Of a DNA stretch of 64,000 bases, positions 1-9,577 are shown in pieces. The DNA is taken from the NCBI GenBank assembly GCA_040776905.1, contig JAXGZQ010000001.1, positions 1,564,400 to 1,628,399 of the forward strand, written 5' to 3'. Made by a program: the position numbers and the translations under genes. Within the stretch, counting starts at the first letter, position 1. Each line of letters opens with the position of its first letter. The stretch comes from Clostridia bacterium (GTDB taxonomy: Bacteria > Bacillota > Clostridia > Saccharofermentanales > UBA5734). Below the pieces are notes generated by a model, which was given only the letters and a program-made list of their open reading frames with translations, did not search any database and was not told the DNA's origin.

Positions 1-1188
1 GCTGTTAAATTCGATCATCAGCTCGCGGCTGATGGTTCGCAGCGTGGAGGGAAATGAACTGATCTCAGCGCTGATCTCCATTTCTGTACCGGCGTCCCAT
101 CCCATGTTCTGATATCCCTGCAGCTGCATATTCTCCAGACTTCCGCCGACCGAGATCAGGCAGTAGCGGTGTGGATGCTGTCTGTCCCAGTCGCCTTGCG
201 GCAGGGAAAACCCCTGGGCCTCGTGGCCGTCAGAATCAATTCGCATGCCGTGGAACCCATAGGAAAAAACGAGGGTCTGCGGATCTTTTTGATAACTGAC
301 CGCCAGACTTGGATTGGCTCCTCCGCCGGACAGGATTCGCGCATCCGTCACTTCGTAGACGGTGACAGCTGGATCAAACATCTCTTTTTCAGCAAAAGTG
401 TCAGACTGATACTGTCCATCTGCCAGCAGCTGCTGATACCCCGGCCAACTGTCAATTTCCCGGAGATTGAGATCGAGGGCCTGATCAGCCGGCCGGTCAG
501 CGCCCCAGGCGTCTTCAAAATCACCGCTGTAGGCACCGGCCGTGATGTCGGGGGTGATCAGCTGATCATTGATCTTGACCGTCGGACTGTTTTCAATCAG
601 CTCATGCAGTGAAGACGCGAACGGGTAGGCAACGGTCAGTACAAGATCGGAGGCCGTCTGATTGTGCAAGGTGTAATCATCCGTGACCCGTGCCTTTGTC
701 GCGTAATGGGACTCCGTCCGCGTTTCCGTTCCGTCTTTGATTTCGACCACGGTTGTCGTGGTCTGGTCCTCATAGGGACTGAAATCAAAGGTGACCGTGC
801 GATCAGCGATCAGACCGTCGACCGGCTGGAGCAGGCTCAGCGGCAGAATCGGTCCGTCATAAAACATGAATGAGGGGTAGGCGTCAGCGACCGGATCTTC
901 AGCATCCACAGGGACCTGCAGGACCGCCCCGCCATATCCGCCTCCCTGTGCACCGCCGATCGGAAATCCGAAATGCAGCACACCGGTCAGACCGACCGCC
1001 GCGATCAGGCAAATGCCGGCAGCGATGACTGCTGGACGGCGCCAGCCGCGGAATCGTTGTTTTACCTTTTTTTTCGTCTGTCGATCCAGTGCGGGCCGTT
1101 CGGAGCCTTCCAGTTGAGGATGGTCATAGGCAGCGATCAGATCATCATCGATCTGACCGATCGCCTGCAGCAGTTGACGTTGATTCAT
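1..1188 (-). CDS. putative anti-sigma factor (single-pass membrane protein); 3' end lies beyond the window start
   Basis: Absent from the ORF track because it has no in-window stop. My own reverse-strand translation from ATG 1188 reads MNQRQLLQAIGQIDDDLIAAYDHPQLEGSERPALDRQTKKKVKQRFRGWRRPAVIAAGICLIAAVGLTGVLHF... and stays open for 396 codons to position 1. It has one hydrophobic helix at about residues 52-72. Its start overlaps the stop of the upstream ECF sigma gene (ATGA, 1185-1188). Confidence 0.6.
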   Translation of the reverse strand, partial: MNQRQLLQAIGQIDDDLIAAYDHPQLEGSERPALDRQTKKKVKQRFRGWRRPAVIAAGICLIAAVGLTGVLHFGFPIGGAQGGGYGGAVLQVPVDAEDPVADAYPSFMFYDGPILPLSLLQPVDGLIADRTVTFDFSPYEDQTTTTVVEIKDGTETRTESHYATKARVTDDYTLHNQTASDLVLTVAYPFASSLHELIENSPTVKINDQLITPDITAGAYSGDFEDAWGADRPADQALDLNLREIDSWPGYQQLLADGQYQSDTFAEKEMFDPAVTVYEVTDARILSGGGANPSLAVSYQKDPQTLVFSYGFHGMRIDSDGHEAQGFSLPQGDWDRQHPHRYCLISVGGSLENMQLQGYQNMGWDAGTEMEISAEISSFPSTLRTISRELMIEFNS

Positions 1189-1766
1189 ATCTCAAACCCT
1201 CTTTCATTCAAATGGCGCATCAGCCTTTGCCTGGTGCGGTGCAGCAGAACCGAGACACGGGATTTCGCAAGACCGGTTTGTGCCGCGATTTCATCAATGC
1301 TGGCGAAATAGTAATAGCGTCCGATAAAAACATGGCGGGATGCTGGTTTTTCACCGCGCAGGAATGAACTGATTTCGACCGCGATTTCTTTGGTGATCGC
1401 GGCGTCATCCGGTGCCGGCGCGACGGATCCGCTGACAGGATTTTCACTGAGATAACTGGCCAGCTCCTCGAGTGCGACGGTTGCCTGGCCGCCGCCGCGC
1501 TTCTGTGCCTGCCGGACTTCGAGGCGGTTCAATGACAGATTGCGGGTAATCCGGCCCAGCCAGATGGAAAGTCGGTTCGGCCGGGTCGGCGGGATGGCCT
1601 GCCAGGCCTGCAGCCAGGTATCGTTGACACATTCATCCGCGTCTTCAGGGCTGCCGAGGATGCGCCGGGCGATCGCGTGGCAGTATGGACCATATTGCTG
1701 TTCAGTCAGCCGGATGGCGTCCTGATTCCGGTCCCAGTAGAGCTGAATGATATCCTGGTCGTTCAT
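1185..1766 (-). CDS. RNA polymerase sigma factor, ECF (sigma-70 group 4) family
   Basis: 193-aa ORF with a region-2-like segment (DADECVNDTWLQAWQAI) and a region-4 HTH (ASIDEIAAQTGLAKSRVSVLLHRTRQRL). Size and two-domain layout are typical of ECF sigmas. It is 4-nt coupled to the downstream membrane protein. Confidence 0.9.
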   Translation of the reverse strand: MNDQDIIQLYWDRNQDAIRLTEQQYGPYCHAIARRILGSPEDADECVNDTWLQAWQAIPPTRPNRLSIWLGRITRNLSLNRLEVRQAQKRGGGQATVALEELASYLSENPVSGSVAPAPDDAAITKEIAVEISSFLRGEKPASRHVFIGRYYYFASIDEIAAQTGLAKSRVSVLLHRTRQRLMRHLNERGFEI

Positions 1767-2074
1767 CGTGCTGCCTTTCCTGTTGTGACCGGTTCAACTG
1801 TTCGCCCGTACGCAGCGGCCAGCAGTCGGTCGTCTGGGGTCGTCTGATACTATAGACCGGATCCGGATCAGGATATTTCACTTTCCGGAGAATATTCATG
1901 TTTATTATAGCGCATCGATGACAGGATCCCTGCGTCCCATATCAGGTCCGCTTGGCCGGCCGATGAGGTTGCAACATGGTTTTCGACTGGAAAAAGCAAT
2001 ACCCTTGTTCTAAGATGGAGATAGACTGCCGCGGCAGTCTCAACAGACGAAAGAAGGCAACAGGGAGGCAGACT

Positions 2075-3193
2075 ATGAAGATCACGAAACTGGAAAGTAT
2101 CTTTGTCAAACCGCGCTGGCATTTTCTCAAAGTGTACACAGATGAAGGGATCGTCGGGTATGGCGAACCGATTGTGGAAGGCAAGGCGCGGACGGTGGCA
2201 GCGGCGATCCAGGAGATGAGCGGCTACCTGATCGGGCAGGATCCGCGGCGGATCGAGCATCACTGGCAGGTACTGTACCGCGGCTCATTCTACCGGGGCG
2301 GCCCGGTCCTGACGAGCGCGATCAGCGGGATCGAACAAGCGCTGTGGGACATCAAGGGCAAATGGCTGGGCGTTCCGGTTTATGAGCTGCTGGGCGGTGC
2401 GGTACGAGACCGGATCCGGGTGTACGCGCATGCGCATGGCAGTACGACCGAGGAGTTTGTCGCGTCGGCGAAAGCCAAAGTCGCCGAGGGCTTTACGGCG
2501 ATCAAGACCGGCTTTGACGGACCGGTCCGGATCGTGGATACGCCGGCGTTTCTCGATGCCTGTGAGGAGAAAATCGCGACGGTGCGCGCGGCGCTGCCGC
2601 GGCATGTCGATATCGCGGTTGACCTGCACGGGCGGTTCAGTCCGGCGATGGCGATCCGGGTGGCCAAGCAGCTGGAACCGTATCAGTTGATGTTCATCGA
2701 AGAGCCGTGTCTGCCGGAGAATGTGGATACGATGGTGACGATCGCCCGCTCAACGAGCACGCCGATCGCGACCGGGGAACGCCTGTTTACAAAATGGGGG
2801 TTCCGCGAAGTACTGGAAAAACAGGCGGCCTCCGTGCTGCAGCCGGATATCTGCCACTGCGGCGGAATCATGGAAGCCAAGAAGATCGCGGCGATGGCCG
2901 AGGTCTATTACGCGGCGGTGGCGCCGCATAACCCGCTGGGGCCGATTTCGCTGGCAGCCGGGCTGCAGGTGGACGCGTGCATCCCCAACTTCCTGTGCCA
3001 GGAACAGGTCTCCCTCGGTGAAGGCTATATCAAGGAACCGTTCAAGGTGGTGGACGGCTATATCGAACTGCCGAAAAAACCGGGACTGGGCATTGAGCTG
3101 GATGAAGAGGCCCTGCGCGACAAGGCGGATGATGGCAGCTGGGAGTCCCCGCTGTGGTTCCATAAAGACGACGGATCCTTCGGTGAATGGTGA
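2075..3193 (+). CDS. dgoD: D-galactonate dehydratase (enolase superfamily, mandelate racemase/muconate lactonising family)
   Basis: ORF-track entry 1976..3193 trimmed to ATG 2075, which follows GGGAGG (2064-2069). MKITKLESIFVKPRWHFLKVYTDEGIVGYGEP...DPRRIEHHWQ...GGPVLTSAISGIEQALWDIKGK...APHNPLGPISLAA...KPGLGIELDE...PLWFHKDDGSFGEW is colinear with E. coli DgoD as I remember it. Confidence 0.85.
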   Translation: MKITKLESIFVKPRWHFLKVYTDEGIVGYGEPIVEGKARTVAAAIQEMSGYLIGQDPRRIEHHWQVLYRGSFYRGGPVLTSAISGIEQALWDIKGKWLGVPVYELLGGAVRDRIRVYAHAHGSTTEEFVASAKAKVAEGFTAIKTGFDGPVRIVDTPAFLDACEEKIATVRAALPRHVDIAVDLHGRFSPAMAIRVAKQLEPYQLMFIEEPCLPENVDTMVTIARSTSTPIATGERLFTKWGFREVLEKQAASVLQPDICHCGGIMEAKKIAAMAEVYYAAVAPHNPLGPISLAAGLQVDACIPNFLCQEQVSLGEGYIKEPFKVVDGYIELPKKPGLGIELDEEALRDKADDGSWESPLWFHKDDGSFGEW

Positions 3194-3217
3194 CCGTTGG
3201 AAAGAGAAGGTGAGCGA

Positions 3218-3985
3218 ATGAGTCAGAAGAAAGCTCTGGTGACAGGCGGCGGCAAGGGAATCGGGCGCGGGATCGCGCTGACGCTGGCCAAAGCCGGATA
3301 TGATATCGCGGTCCATTACGGGACCAGCCGGGCCGGCGCCGAGGATATGGCGCAGCAGATCCGTGAACTGGGCCGGGAGGCGATCACGCTGCAGGCGGAT
3401 GTCAAGGATGTGGCGGCGATCCGCCGCATGTTCAGTGAATACCGTGAGCAGTTCGGCACGATCGATGTACTGGTCAACAACGCGGGGATCACGCGGCTGG
3501 TACCATTTCTGGAAGTGGATGAGGACTTGTGGGAAGAAGTGATGCGGACGGATCTGCGCGGCTCGTTTTTCTGCGCGCAGGAAGCGGCACGGCTGATGGT
3601 GGAGAGTGAAACGAAAGGTGTGATCATCCAGATCTCCTCTAACCACTCGCAGGGCTGCTGGCCGAACGCGACGATCTACGGCCCGGCCAAGGCCGGGGTC
3701 GACAAGCTGGTGCGCAATATGGCGCTCGATCTGGCACCGCACGGCATCCGTGTGGTCGGGATCGCGCCGGGGTATACCCGGCTGGAATGGATTCCGGAGA
3801 GTGCCAATGAACGGATCGCGCAGACCGCGGGTAAAATTCCGCTGCAGCGGTTCGCCCAGCCGGCGGAGATCGGCGAGGCGGCGGTATTCCTGACCTCGGA
3901 AGCCGCCGGCTACATCACCGGAACGACCCTGTTCATGGACGGCGGCGCCCTCCTGCCGGTCGTTCCCGATAATCACTATACCTGA
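3218..3985 (+). CDS. SDR family oxidoreductase
   Basis: Carries the TGGGKGIGRGIA Rossmann motif, NNAGI, and YGPAKAG (YxxxK). Start moved to ATG 3218 (GAGAAGGTG upstream). Lies 24 nt after dgoD, so probably in the same operon. Confidence 0.85.
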   Translation: MSQKKALVTGGGKGIGRGIALTLAKAGYDIAVHYGTSRAGAEDMAQQIRELGREAITLQADVKDVAAIRRMFSEYREQFGTIDVLVNNAGITRLVPFLEVDEDLWEEVMRTDLRGSFFCAQEAARLMVESETKGVIIQISSNHSQGCWPNATIYGPAKAGVDKLVRNMALDLAPHGIRVVGIAPGYTRLEWIPESANERIAQTAGKIPLQRFAQPAEIGEAAVFLTSEAAGYITGTTLFMDGGALLPVVPDNHYT

Positions 3986-4013
3986 CATCATCACCGGATC
4001 GGCTGATGACAAG

Positions 4014-4048
4014 AAAAGACCGGCGTTTTCGTGAAACGCCGGTCTTCT
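4014..4048. terminator. bidirectional intrinsic terminator between the SDR gene (+) and adhE (-)
   Basis: Perfect 13-bp stem AAGACCGGCGTTT (4016-4028) / AAACGCCGGTCTT (4034-4046) with loop TCGTG. An A-run lies on the left flank, which reads as a T-rich tail on the minus strand (adhE side). Confidence 0.6.
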
Positions 4049-4135
4049 GGTATGATGCGGGAACAGCCGAAAGGCAGTGGCTGTCCCGAAGGTATAACCG
4101 GCGTCAGCGCTGTCTGATGACGCCGATATCAAGGC

Positions 4136-6736
4136 CTAATAGATCGCCCGGTAGATCCCTTCCAGTTCTCTGATCAGCGGATAACGCGGATTGGTTCCGG
4201 TGCACTGATCCTCAAACGCTTTTTCAGCCAGCCGGGGAATCGCGTCGAGATACGGCTTTTCCGCGATTCCCAGTTCACGGATCTGTGATGGAATATGGAT
4301 CTGTTCCATCAGGGCCCGCACCGCGCTGATCAGCGACTGACAGCCCTGTTCCGCCGTTTCAGAAGGCAGCCCGAGATAGGAAGCGATTTCAGCATAGCGT
4401 CGGTCGGCGATAAACGTTTCATATTTAGGGAAGGACACGAACTTGGTTGGTTTCTGACTGTTATAGGCAATCACATGCGGCAGCAGGATCGCGTTGGCAC
4501 GGCCATGCGAGATGTGGTATTCGCCGCCGAGCTTATGTGCCAGTGAATGATTGATGCCGAGAAACGCGTTCGAGAAGGCCATGCCGGCCATACAACTGGC
4601 GTTATGCATTTTCTCACGGGCTGTCCGGTTCTGTCCGTCCTGCCAGGCGGTCGGCAGCCACTGGAAGACGAGGCGAATCGCATGCAGGGCAAGAGCGTCC
4701 GTGTAATCCGAAGCGAATGTCGAGACATAGGCCTCAATCGCATGGGTCAACACATCCATGCCGGTGTCCGCGGTAATTGACGGCGGCACCGTCATGACAA
4801 ACTGTGGATCGAGAATCGCCACATCCGGTGTCAGTTCATAATCCGCCAACGGATATTTTGTCTGAGTCGCCGGATCGGTGATGACCGAAAAAGAAGTCAC
4901 CTCAGAGCCGGTCCCGCTGGTGGTTGGAATCGCGACCAGGCGTGCTTTCTGGCCCAGTCGGGGGAATTTGATGATTTTTTTGCGTATATCCATGAATTTC
5001 ATCGACAGTTCACGGAAATCGAGTTCCGGGTGTTCATAGAACAGCCACATGCCTTTGGCGGCATCAATCGCCGAACCGCCACCGAGCGCGATGATCACAT
5101 CAGGCTGGAATCTGGCGATCTCAGCCGCACCGCGCTGGATGGTCTCAATGGATGGATCAACCTCGATATCGGAAAAAATCTCGCTGTGTACGGGCTGCTC
5201 ACGTTTGCGCAGATAGTAAAGGACTTTTTTGACATAACCGAGTTTGATCATCGCTGGATCGGTCACAATAAACGCGCGGCTGATGTCCGGCATATTCTCC
5301 AGATACTGAGTGGCATGGTTCTCAAAATAGATTTTTTCCGGAATCTTGAACCACTGCATGTTGACACGCCTCCTGGCCACACGTTTTTTATTGACGAGAT
5401 TGACCGCCGACACGTTCGCTGTGGTGGAGTTGCGGCCGTAGGATCCGCAGCCAAGGGTCAAAGACGGCATATTGGTGTTGTAGATGTCGCCGATCGCGCC
5501 ATGTGACGACGGCGAGTTGATGATCAGCCGTGATGCTTTGAGCCGGCTGGAAAAGCTATCGATCACCGCTTCGTCTTCGGCATGGATCACCGCTGAATGG
5601 CCGAGACCGCCGAACGCGATCAGCTCTTCCGCGCGCCGGATACCATCCTCCGAACTGTCACAGACATAATAGGCAAGTACCGGACTGAGTTTTTCAATTG
5701 ACAGTGGAGCCTGCGGTCCGACGGAAGCCAGCGGAACCAGCAGAATCTTGGTGTCATCCGGAACATCAAGGCCGGCCAGACGGGCGATGGCGGCTGCGGA
5801 TTGGCCGACGACGGCTGGATTGACCGCCAGCTGCCCCGGCTTGATCATGATCGTCTCCAATTGGCTGACCTGGTTTTCATCAAGAAAGATGCAGCCGTGA
5901 TCACGCATGAAACGCTCAAAATTGTCCTGGACGGCCCGGTCGACAATGACGGCCTGCTCGGATGCGCAGATCATCCCGTTATCAAAGGTTTTTGACAACA
6001 TCAGATCCGTCGCTGCCCGCTCGACATTGGCTGAGGCGTGGATATAGCAGGGGACATTGCCTGGTCCGACTCCCAGTGCCGGTTTTCCGGTTGAATAGGC
6101 TGCCTGGACCATGCTGCTGCCACCGGTCGCCAGGACCATGGCGACATCCGGGTGATTCATCAGATCGCGGGTCGCCTGGATGGACGGATTTTCAATCCAC
6201 TGGACGCAGTGCTTTGGAGCGCCGGCCCTGAGCGCGGCCTGGTAGAGGATCTCCGCGGCCCGCCGGCTGCATTGCTGCGCTGATGGATGAAAGGCGAAAA
6301 TGATCGGATTTCGGGTCTTGATCGCGATCAGGATTTTGAACATGACGGTGGAGGTGGGGTTCGTCACAGGCGTCACAGCCGCGATGATACCGACCGGTTC
6401 AGCGACTTCTTCATAATCCTCATAATCGTTTTCGTTGATCACACCGACCGTCCGGTCATGCTCAATGCTGTGCCAGATATACTCTGTCGCAAAGATATTT
6501 TTGGTGACTTTATCTTCAAAAATGCCCCTTCCGGTTTCCTCAACCGCCAGCCGCGCCAGCGTCATGTGCTCAGCCTGCCCCGCGCTGGACATGGTTTTGA
6601 CGATCCGGTCAATGCCATCCTGGTCAAAATCCATCATGGCAGTCAGCGCTTCCTGAGCCTGCGCGACGAGCCGGTTGATATCAATATCGTCGATACGTTG
6701 TTTTTCTTTTGCCATTCTTTGCACCATCGCTTTCAT
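4136..6736 (-). CDS. adhE: bifunctional acetaldehyde-CoA/alcohol dehydrogenase
   Basis: 866 aa. The N-terminal aldehyde dehydrogenase half contains AEPVGIIAAVTPVTNPTST and the catalytic Cys context FDNGMICASEQ. The C-terminal iron-ADH half contains GGGSAIDAAKGMW and LAHKLGGEYHISHG. The true start may be Met4 or Met8 (6715); no clear SD precedes any of the three. Confidence 0.9.
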   Translation of the reverse strand: MKAMVQRMAKEKQRIDDIDINRLVAQAQEALTAMMDFDQDGIDRIVKTMSSAGQAEHMTLARLAVEETGRGIFEDKVTKNIFATEYIWHSIEHDRTVGVINENDYEDYEEVAEPVGIIAAVTPVTNPTSTVMFKILIAIKTRNPIIFAFHPSAQQCSRRAAEILYQAALRAGAPKHCVQWIENPSIQATRDLMNHPDVAMVLATGGSSMVQAAYSTGKPALGVGPGNVPCYIHASANVERAATDLMLSKTFDNGMICASEQAVIVDRAVQDNFERFMRDHGCIFLDENQVSQLETIMIKPGQLAVNPAVVGQSAAAIARLAGLDVPDDTKILLVPLASVGPQAPLSIEKLSPVLAYYVCDSSEDGIRRAEELIAFGGLGHSAVIHAEDEAVIDSFSSRLKASRLIINSPSSHGAIGDIYNTNMPSLTLGCGSYGRNSTTANVSAVNLVNKKRVARRRVNMQWFKIPEKIYFENHATQYLENMPDISRAFIVTDPAMIKLGYVKKVLYYLRKREQPVHSEIFSDIEVDPSIETIQRGAAEIARFQPDVIIALGGGSAIDAAKGMWLFYEHPELDFRELSMKFMDIRKKIIKFPRLGQKARLVAIPTTSGTGSEVTSFSVITDPATQTKYPLADYELTPDVAILDPQFVMTVPPSITADTGMDVLTHAIEAYVSTFASDYTDALALHAIRLVFQWLPTAWQDGQNRTAREKMHNASCMAGMAFSNAFLGINHSLAHKLGGEYHISHGRANAILLPHVIAYNSQKPTKFVSFPKYETFIADRRYAEIASYLGLPSETAEQGCQSLISAVRALMEQIHIPSQIRELGIAEKPYLDAIPRLAEKAFEDQCTGTNPRYPLIRELEGIYRAIY

Positions 6737-6743
6737 GATGTAT

Positions 6744-6843
6744 CATATGAATGTTACCGGGTTTTATTTTAACACCATATGAAAGCATATGAAAGATAAT
6801 GATAGAAATATTGGCATATATACAGAAATACGAAAACATATGA
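6744..6843. promoter_or_regulatory. cluster of CATATGA(AAG) repeats in the adhE/deoR divergent promoter region (candidate operator sites)
   Basis: Exact CATATGA occurs at 6744, 6776, 6786 and 6837, and a near copy CATATAT at 6815. Copies 2 and 3 form a perfect tandem CATATGAAAG-CATATGAAAG (6776-6795). The region is markedly AT-rich compared with its flanks. Confidence 0.35.
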
Positions 6844-6886
6844 CGGTATTATTAAGCGGACTGCACAGAAAACGAGGAACTGAATT

Positions 6887-7705
6887 GTGAACATTATTGA
6901 AAGACGACGGCGTATCATCGATATACTCGAGAAAGAACGGCAGGTTTCCACCCAGCGGCTGGAAGAATTGATACCGGTTTCCGGTGCGACGATCCGCAGC
7001 GATCTGCGGGAATTGGAACAGGAAGGTGTCATCGAACGGTTTCATGGCGGCGCGATGCTGGTTGAACAGTCAAAGCCTGATCACAGCTATATCAGTTTCA
7101 CCAGACGCAGTCTGCTCATGGGCGGCGAGAAGGACGCGATCGGCCGTGAGGCGGCCAAACTCGTGCGACAGGGACAGTCGATCATGCTCGATGCCAGTTC
7201 GACGGCGCTGGCGATGGTGCCTTACCTGGCAGGTATCCAGGACCTGACGATCATTACCAACGGCATTCACACCGCCATGGCAGTACAGAAACAGCAGGAT
7301 ATGCATACGATCATGATCGGCGGGGTGCTGCGGCCGCATTCAGGATCCGTGGAAGGACTGCTCGGCGAGGATCTGCTGAGCCGTCTCGGCGCTGATACGA
7401 TTTTCCTCTCCGCCAACGGCCTGAGCTTTGAACACGGTCTGTCCGGTTTCAATATCCATGAACTGGCGCTGAAGCAGCGGATGATCAGCCAGGCCCACCG
7501 CCTGATCGCGCTGGTCGACCACAGCAAGCTGGGGATCAGCTCGTCAGCCAGCTATGCCAGATTTGAGCAAATTGATACGCTGATAACCGATGACGGTGCC
7601 GACGAATCGTTTATCGCCCGGGCCCGTGCGCTCGGCTGCAAAGTCATTGTCGCGCGGCGCAGCCCCGGTTCTTCAGCCGGCGCGGCCATGAATCTGATAG
7701 AATAA
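6887..7705 (+). CDS. DeoR/GlpR family transcriptional regulator
   Basis: N-terminal HTH (RRRIIDILEKERQVSTQRLEELIPVSGATIRSDLRELEQEGVIERFHGGA) followed by a DeoR-type C-terminal sensor domain. Uses the GTG start given in the ORF track. Confidence 0.85.
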   Translation: MNIIERRRRIIDILEKERQVSTQRLEELIPVSGATIRSDLRELEQEGVIERFHGGAMLVEQSKPDHSYISFTRRSLLMGGEKDAIGREAAKLVRQGQSIMLDASSTALAMVPYLAGIQDLTIITNGIHTAMAVQKQQDMHTIMIGGVLRPHSGSVEGLLGEDLLSRLGADTIFLSANGLSFEHGLSGFNIHELALKQRMISQAHRLIALVDHSKLGISSSASYARFEQIDTLITDDGADESFIARARALGCKVIVARRSPGSSAGAAMNLIE

Positions 7706-7753
7706 GAACCGGGCCATGCACCGGCATGGCCTGAACAAGAAATGAGGTGCCCC

Positions 7754-9568
7754 ATGAGCCAAGTACTGCCCCTGAGAAGTGAAGTCCCTGAATCGTTAAC
7801 CTGGAACCTGAAGGATCTTTTTTCTGACGAGGCCGCGTTCGAAGCGGGTCTGGCGAAAGTCAGCGAGCAGACCGATGAACTGGTGGCCGGCTTCGCTGGC
7901 AAAATCGCCAGCCTGCAGGAAGCCGCGGACATCATGCGGCTGATTCACGCCTATGAGAAGCTGCTGATCAGCATCGACCGGATCGGCAATTATGCTTATC
8001 TGTCATTTTCCGTCGATATGACCGATGATCTTCGGGTCAGCCGGCTGCAGAAAACGGAAGCGTTAATCGCACAGATCGCCAGTCAGATCAGCTTTGTCGA
8101 CAGTGACTTGATGGATGTCAATCCTGATGTCATGAAAAGCGCAGCTGAATCGGAGCCGGCCTATCAGGTCTTCTTTGAAGGAATTGAACGGCGCAGGCGG
8201 CATCGTCTGCATCCGGAAACGGAAAAGGTACTCGCCGCGTTATCACCGGCGCTTGAACTGCCCCATACGGTCTATGAGCAGGCCAAGCACGCGGATATGG
8301 CGTTTCCTGATTTCCAGGCCGGCGGCAAGACATGGCCGCTCAGTTTTGTTTCCTTTGAGAATGACTACAATCTCGACGCATCGGCAGAGATACGCCGTGA
8401 AGCGTTCAAAGCCTTCTCCGCGACGCTGCGGCACTATCAGAATACGGTCGCGGCATTATACAACGGTGAAGTCCAGAAACAGAAAATCATGGCCGGACTG
8501 CGCGGCTTTGATTCTGTCTTCGACTATCTGCTCGATGACCAGAAGGTGGACCGCAGCCTGTTCGACCGCCAGATTGACCTGATCCTGCAGGAACTGGCTC
8601 CGCATATGCGCCGCTATGCCCGCCTGCTCGCCAAAACACACGGTTTGGACCGGGTGACCTTTGCGGATTTGAAAATCGCGCTAGACGCCGGTTATGATCC
8701 CAAAGTGACGGTTGAAGAATCAAAACGATACATTTCCAGCGGGCTGCGGGTCCTCGGCCAGGATTATCATGATCTGGTCATGCAAGCCTATGATCAGCGC
8801 TGGGTCGACTTCGCCAGCAATAAAGGTAAATCGACCGGTGGATTCTGCTCGTCTCCGTATCAGCTGCATGGCTACATTCTCCTGTCATGGACAGGACGGC
8901 TGAGCGAAGTCTTCACGCTGGCCCACGAACTGGGACACGCGGCTCATTTCGCCCTGAACCAGCAGCATCAGCCTTATCTGGCAACCGAGCCGTCCCTCTA
9001 TCTGGTAGAAGCCCCGTCGACCTGCAATGAGATGCTGCTCAGCCAGGATCTGCTCAGCCAGAATGACGATCCCCGCTTCCAACGCTGGGTGCTGGCCTCG
9101 ATGATCCAGAACACCTATTTCCATAACTTCGTCACCCATCTGCTGGAAGCGGCTTATCAGCGCGAAGTTTATCAGCTGGCCGACCAGGGTGAGTTCCTGA
9201 CCGCGACGGTGCTCAATAAAATTAAACGTGATGTCCTGGAAAAATTCTGGGGTGACGCGGTTGAGATCACTGAAGGAGCGGAGTTGACCTGGATGCGCCA
9301 GCCCCATTATTACATGGGACTGTATTCCTACACCTACAGCGCGGGCCTGACCATCGCGACAGCCGCCAGCCAGCGGATCCGGCGTGAAGGAGAACCGGCG
9401 GTCGAGGACTGGCTGACCGCGCTCAGGGCCGGCGGTTCCGTCAGTCCGGTCGAATTCGCCAGATTGGCCGGCATCGATATCAACACCGATCAACCGCTGC
9501 GCGACACCATTGCCTATATCGGCTCGATCATCGATCAGCTGGAAACTTTGAGTGAAACGCTGGCCTGA
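7754..9568 (+). CDS. pepF: oligoendopeptidase F (M3B family metallopeptidase)
   Basis: Zinc motif HELGHAAHF (HExxH), about 600 aa, with the typical N-terminus ...SEVPESLTWNLKDLF. Start moved from 7742 to ATG 7754 (GAGGTG at 7744-7749). Confidence 0.85.
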   Translation: MSQVLPLRSEVPESLTWNLKDLFSDEAAFEAGLAKVSEQTDELVAGFAGKIASLQEAADIMRLIHAYEKLLISIDRIGNYAYLSFSVDMTDDLRVSRLQKTEALIAQIASQISFVDSDLMDVNPDVMKSAAESEPAYQVFFEGIERRRRHRLHPETEKVLAALSPALELPHTVYEQAKHADMAFPDFQAGGKTWPLSFVSFENDYNLDASAEIRREAFKAFSATLRHYQNTVAALYNGEVQKQKIMAGLRGFDSVFDYLLDDQKVDRSLFDRQIDLILQELAPHMRRYARLLAKTHGLDRVTFADLKIALDAGYDPKVTVEESKRYISSGLRVLGQDYHDLVMQAYDQRWVDFASNKGKSTGGFCSSPYQLHGYILLSWTGRLSEVFTLAHELGHAAHFALNQQHQPYLATEPSLYLVEAPSTCNEMLLSQDLLSQNDDPRFQRWVLASMIQNTYFHNFVTHLLEAAYQREVYQLADQGEFLTATVLNKIKRDVLEKFWGDAVEITEGAELTWMRQPHYYMGLYSYTYSAGLTIATAASQRIRREGEPAVEDWLTALRAGGSVSPVEFARLAGIDINTDQPLRDTIAYIGSIIDQLETLSETLA

Positions 9569-9577
9569 CAGGCGATG

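Noticed and set aside
1898-1921. Mini-ORF ATGTTTATTATAGCGCATCGATGA (MFIIAHR) with a GGAGAA SD, ~150 nt upstream of dgoD.
   Set aside because: It is very short and lies in a divergent promoter region that also holds the putative ECF promoter on the other strand. No attenuator structure follows it, so it is probably fortuitous.
2750-4132. 460-aa minus-strand ORF, the longest unexplained ORF in the track.
   Set aside because: It runs antisense across the 3' end of dgoD and the whole SDR gene. Both of those have strong family motifs in the sense frame. The antisense translation is Arg/Pro/Gly/His-rich low-complexity sequence, typical of spurious antisense ORFs in GC-rich DNA.
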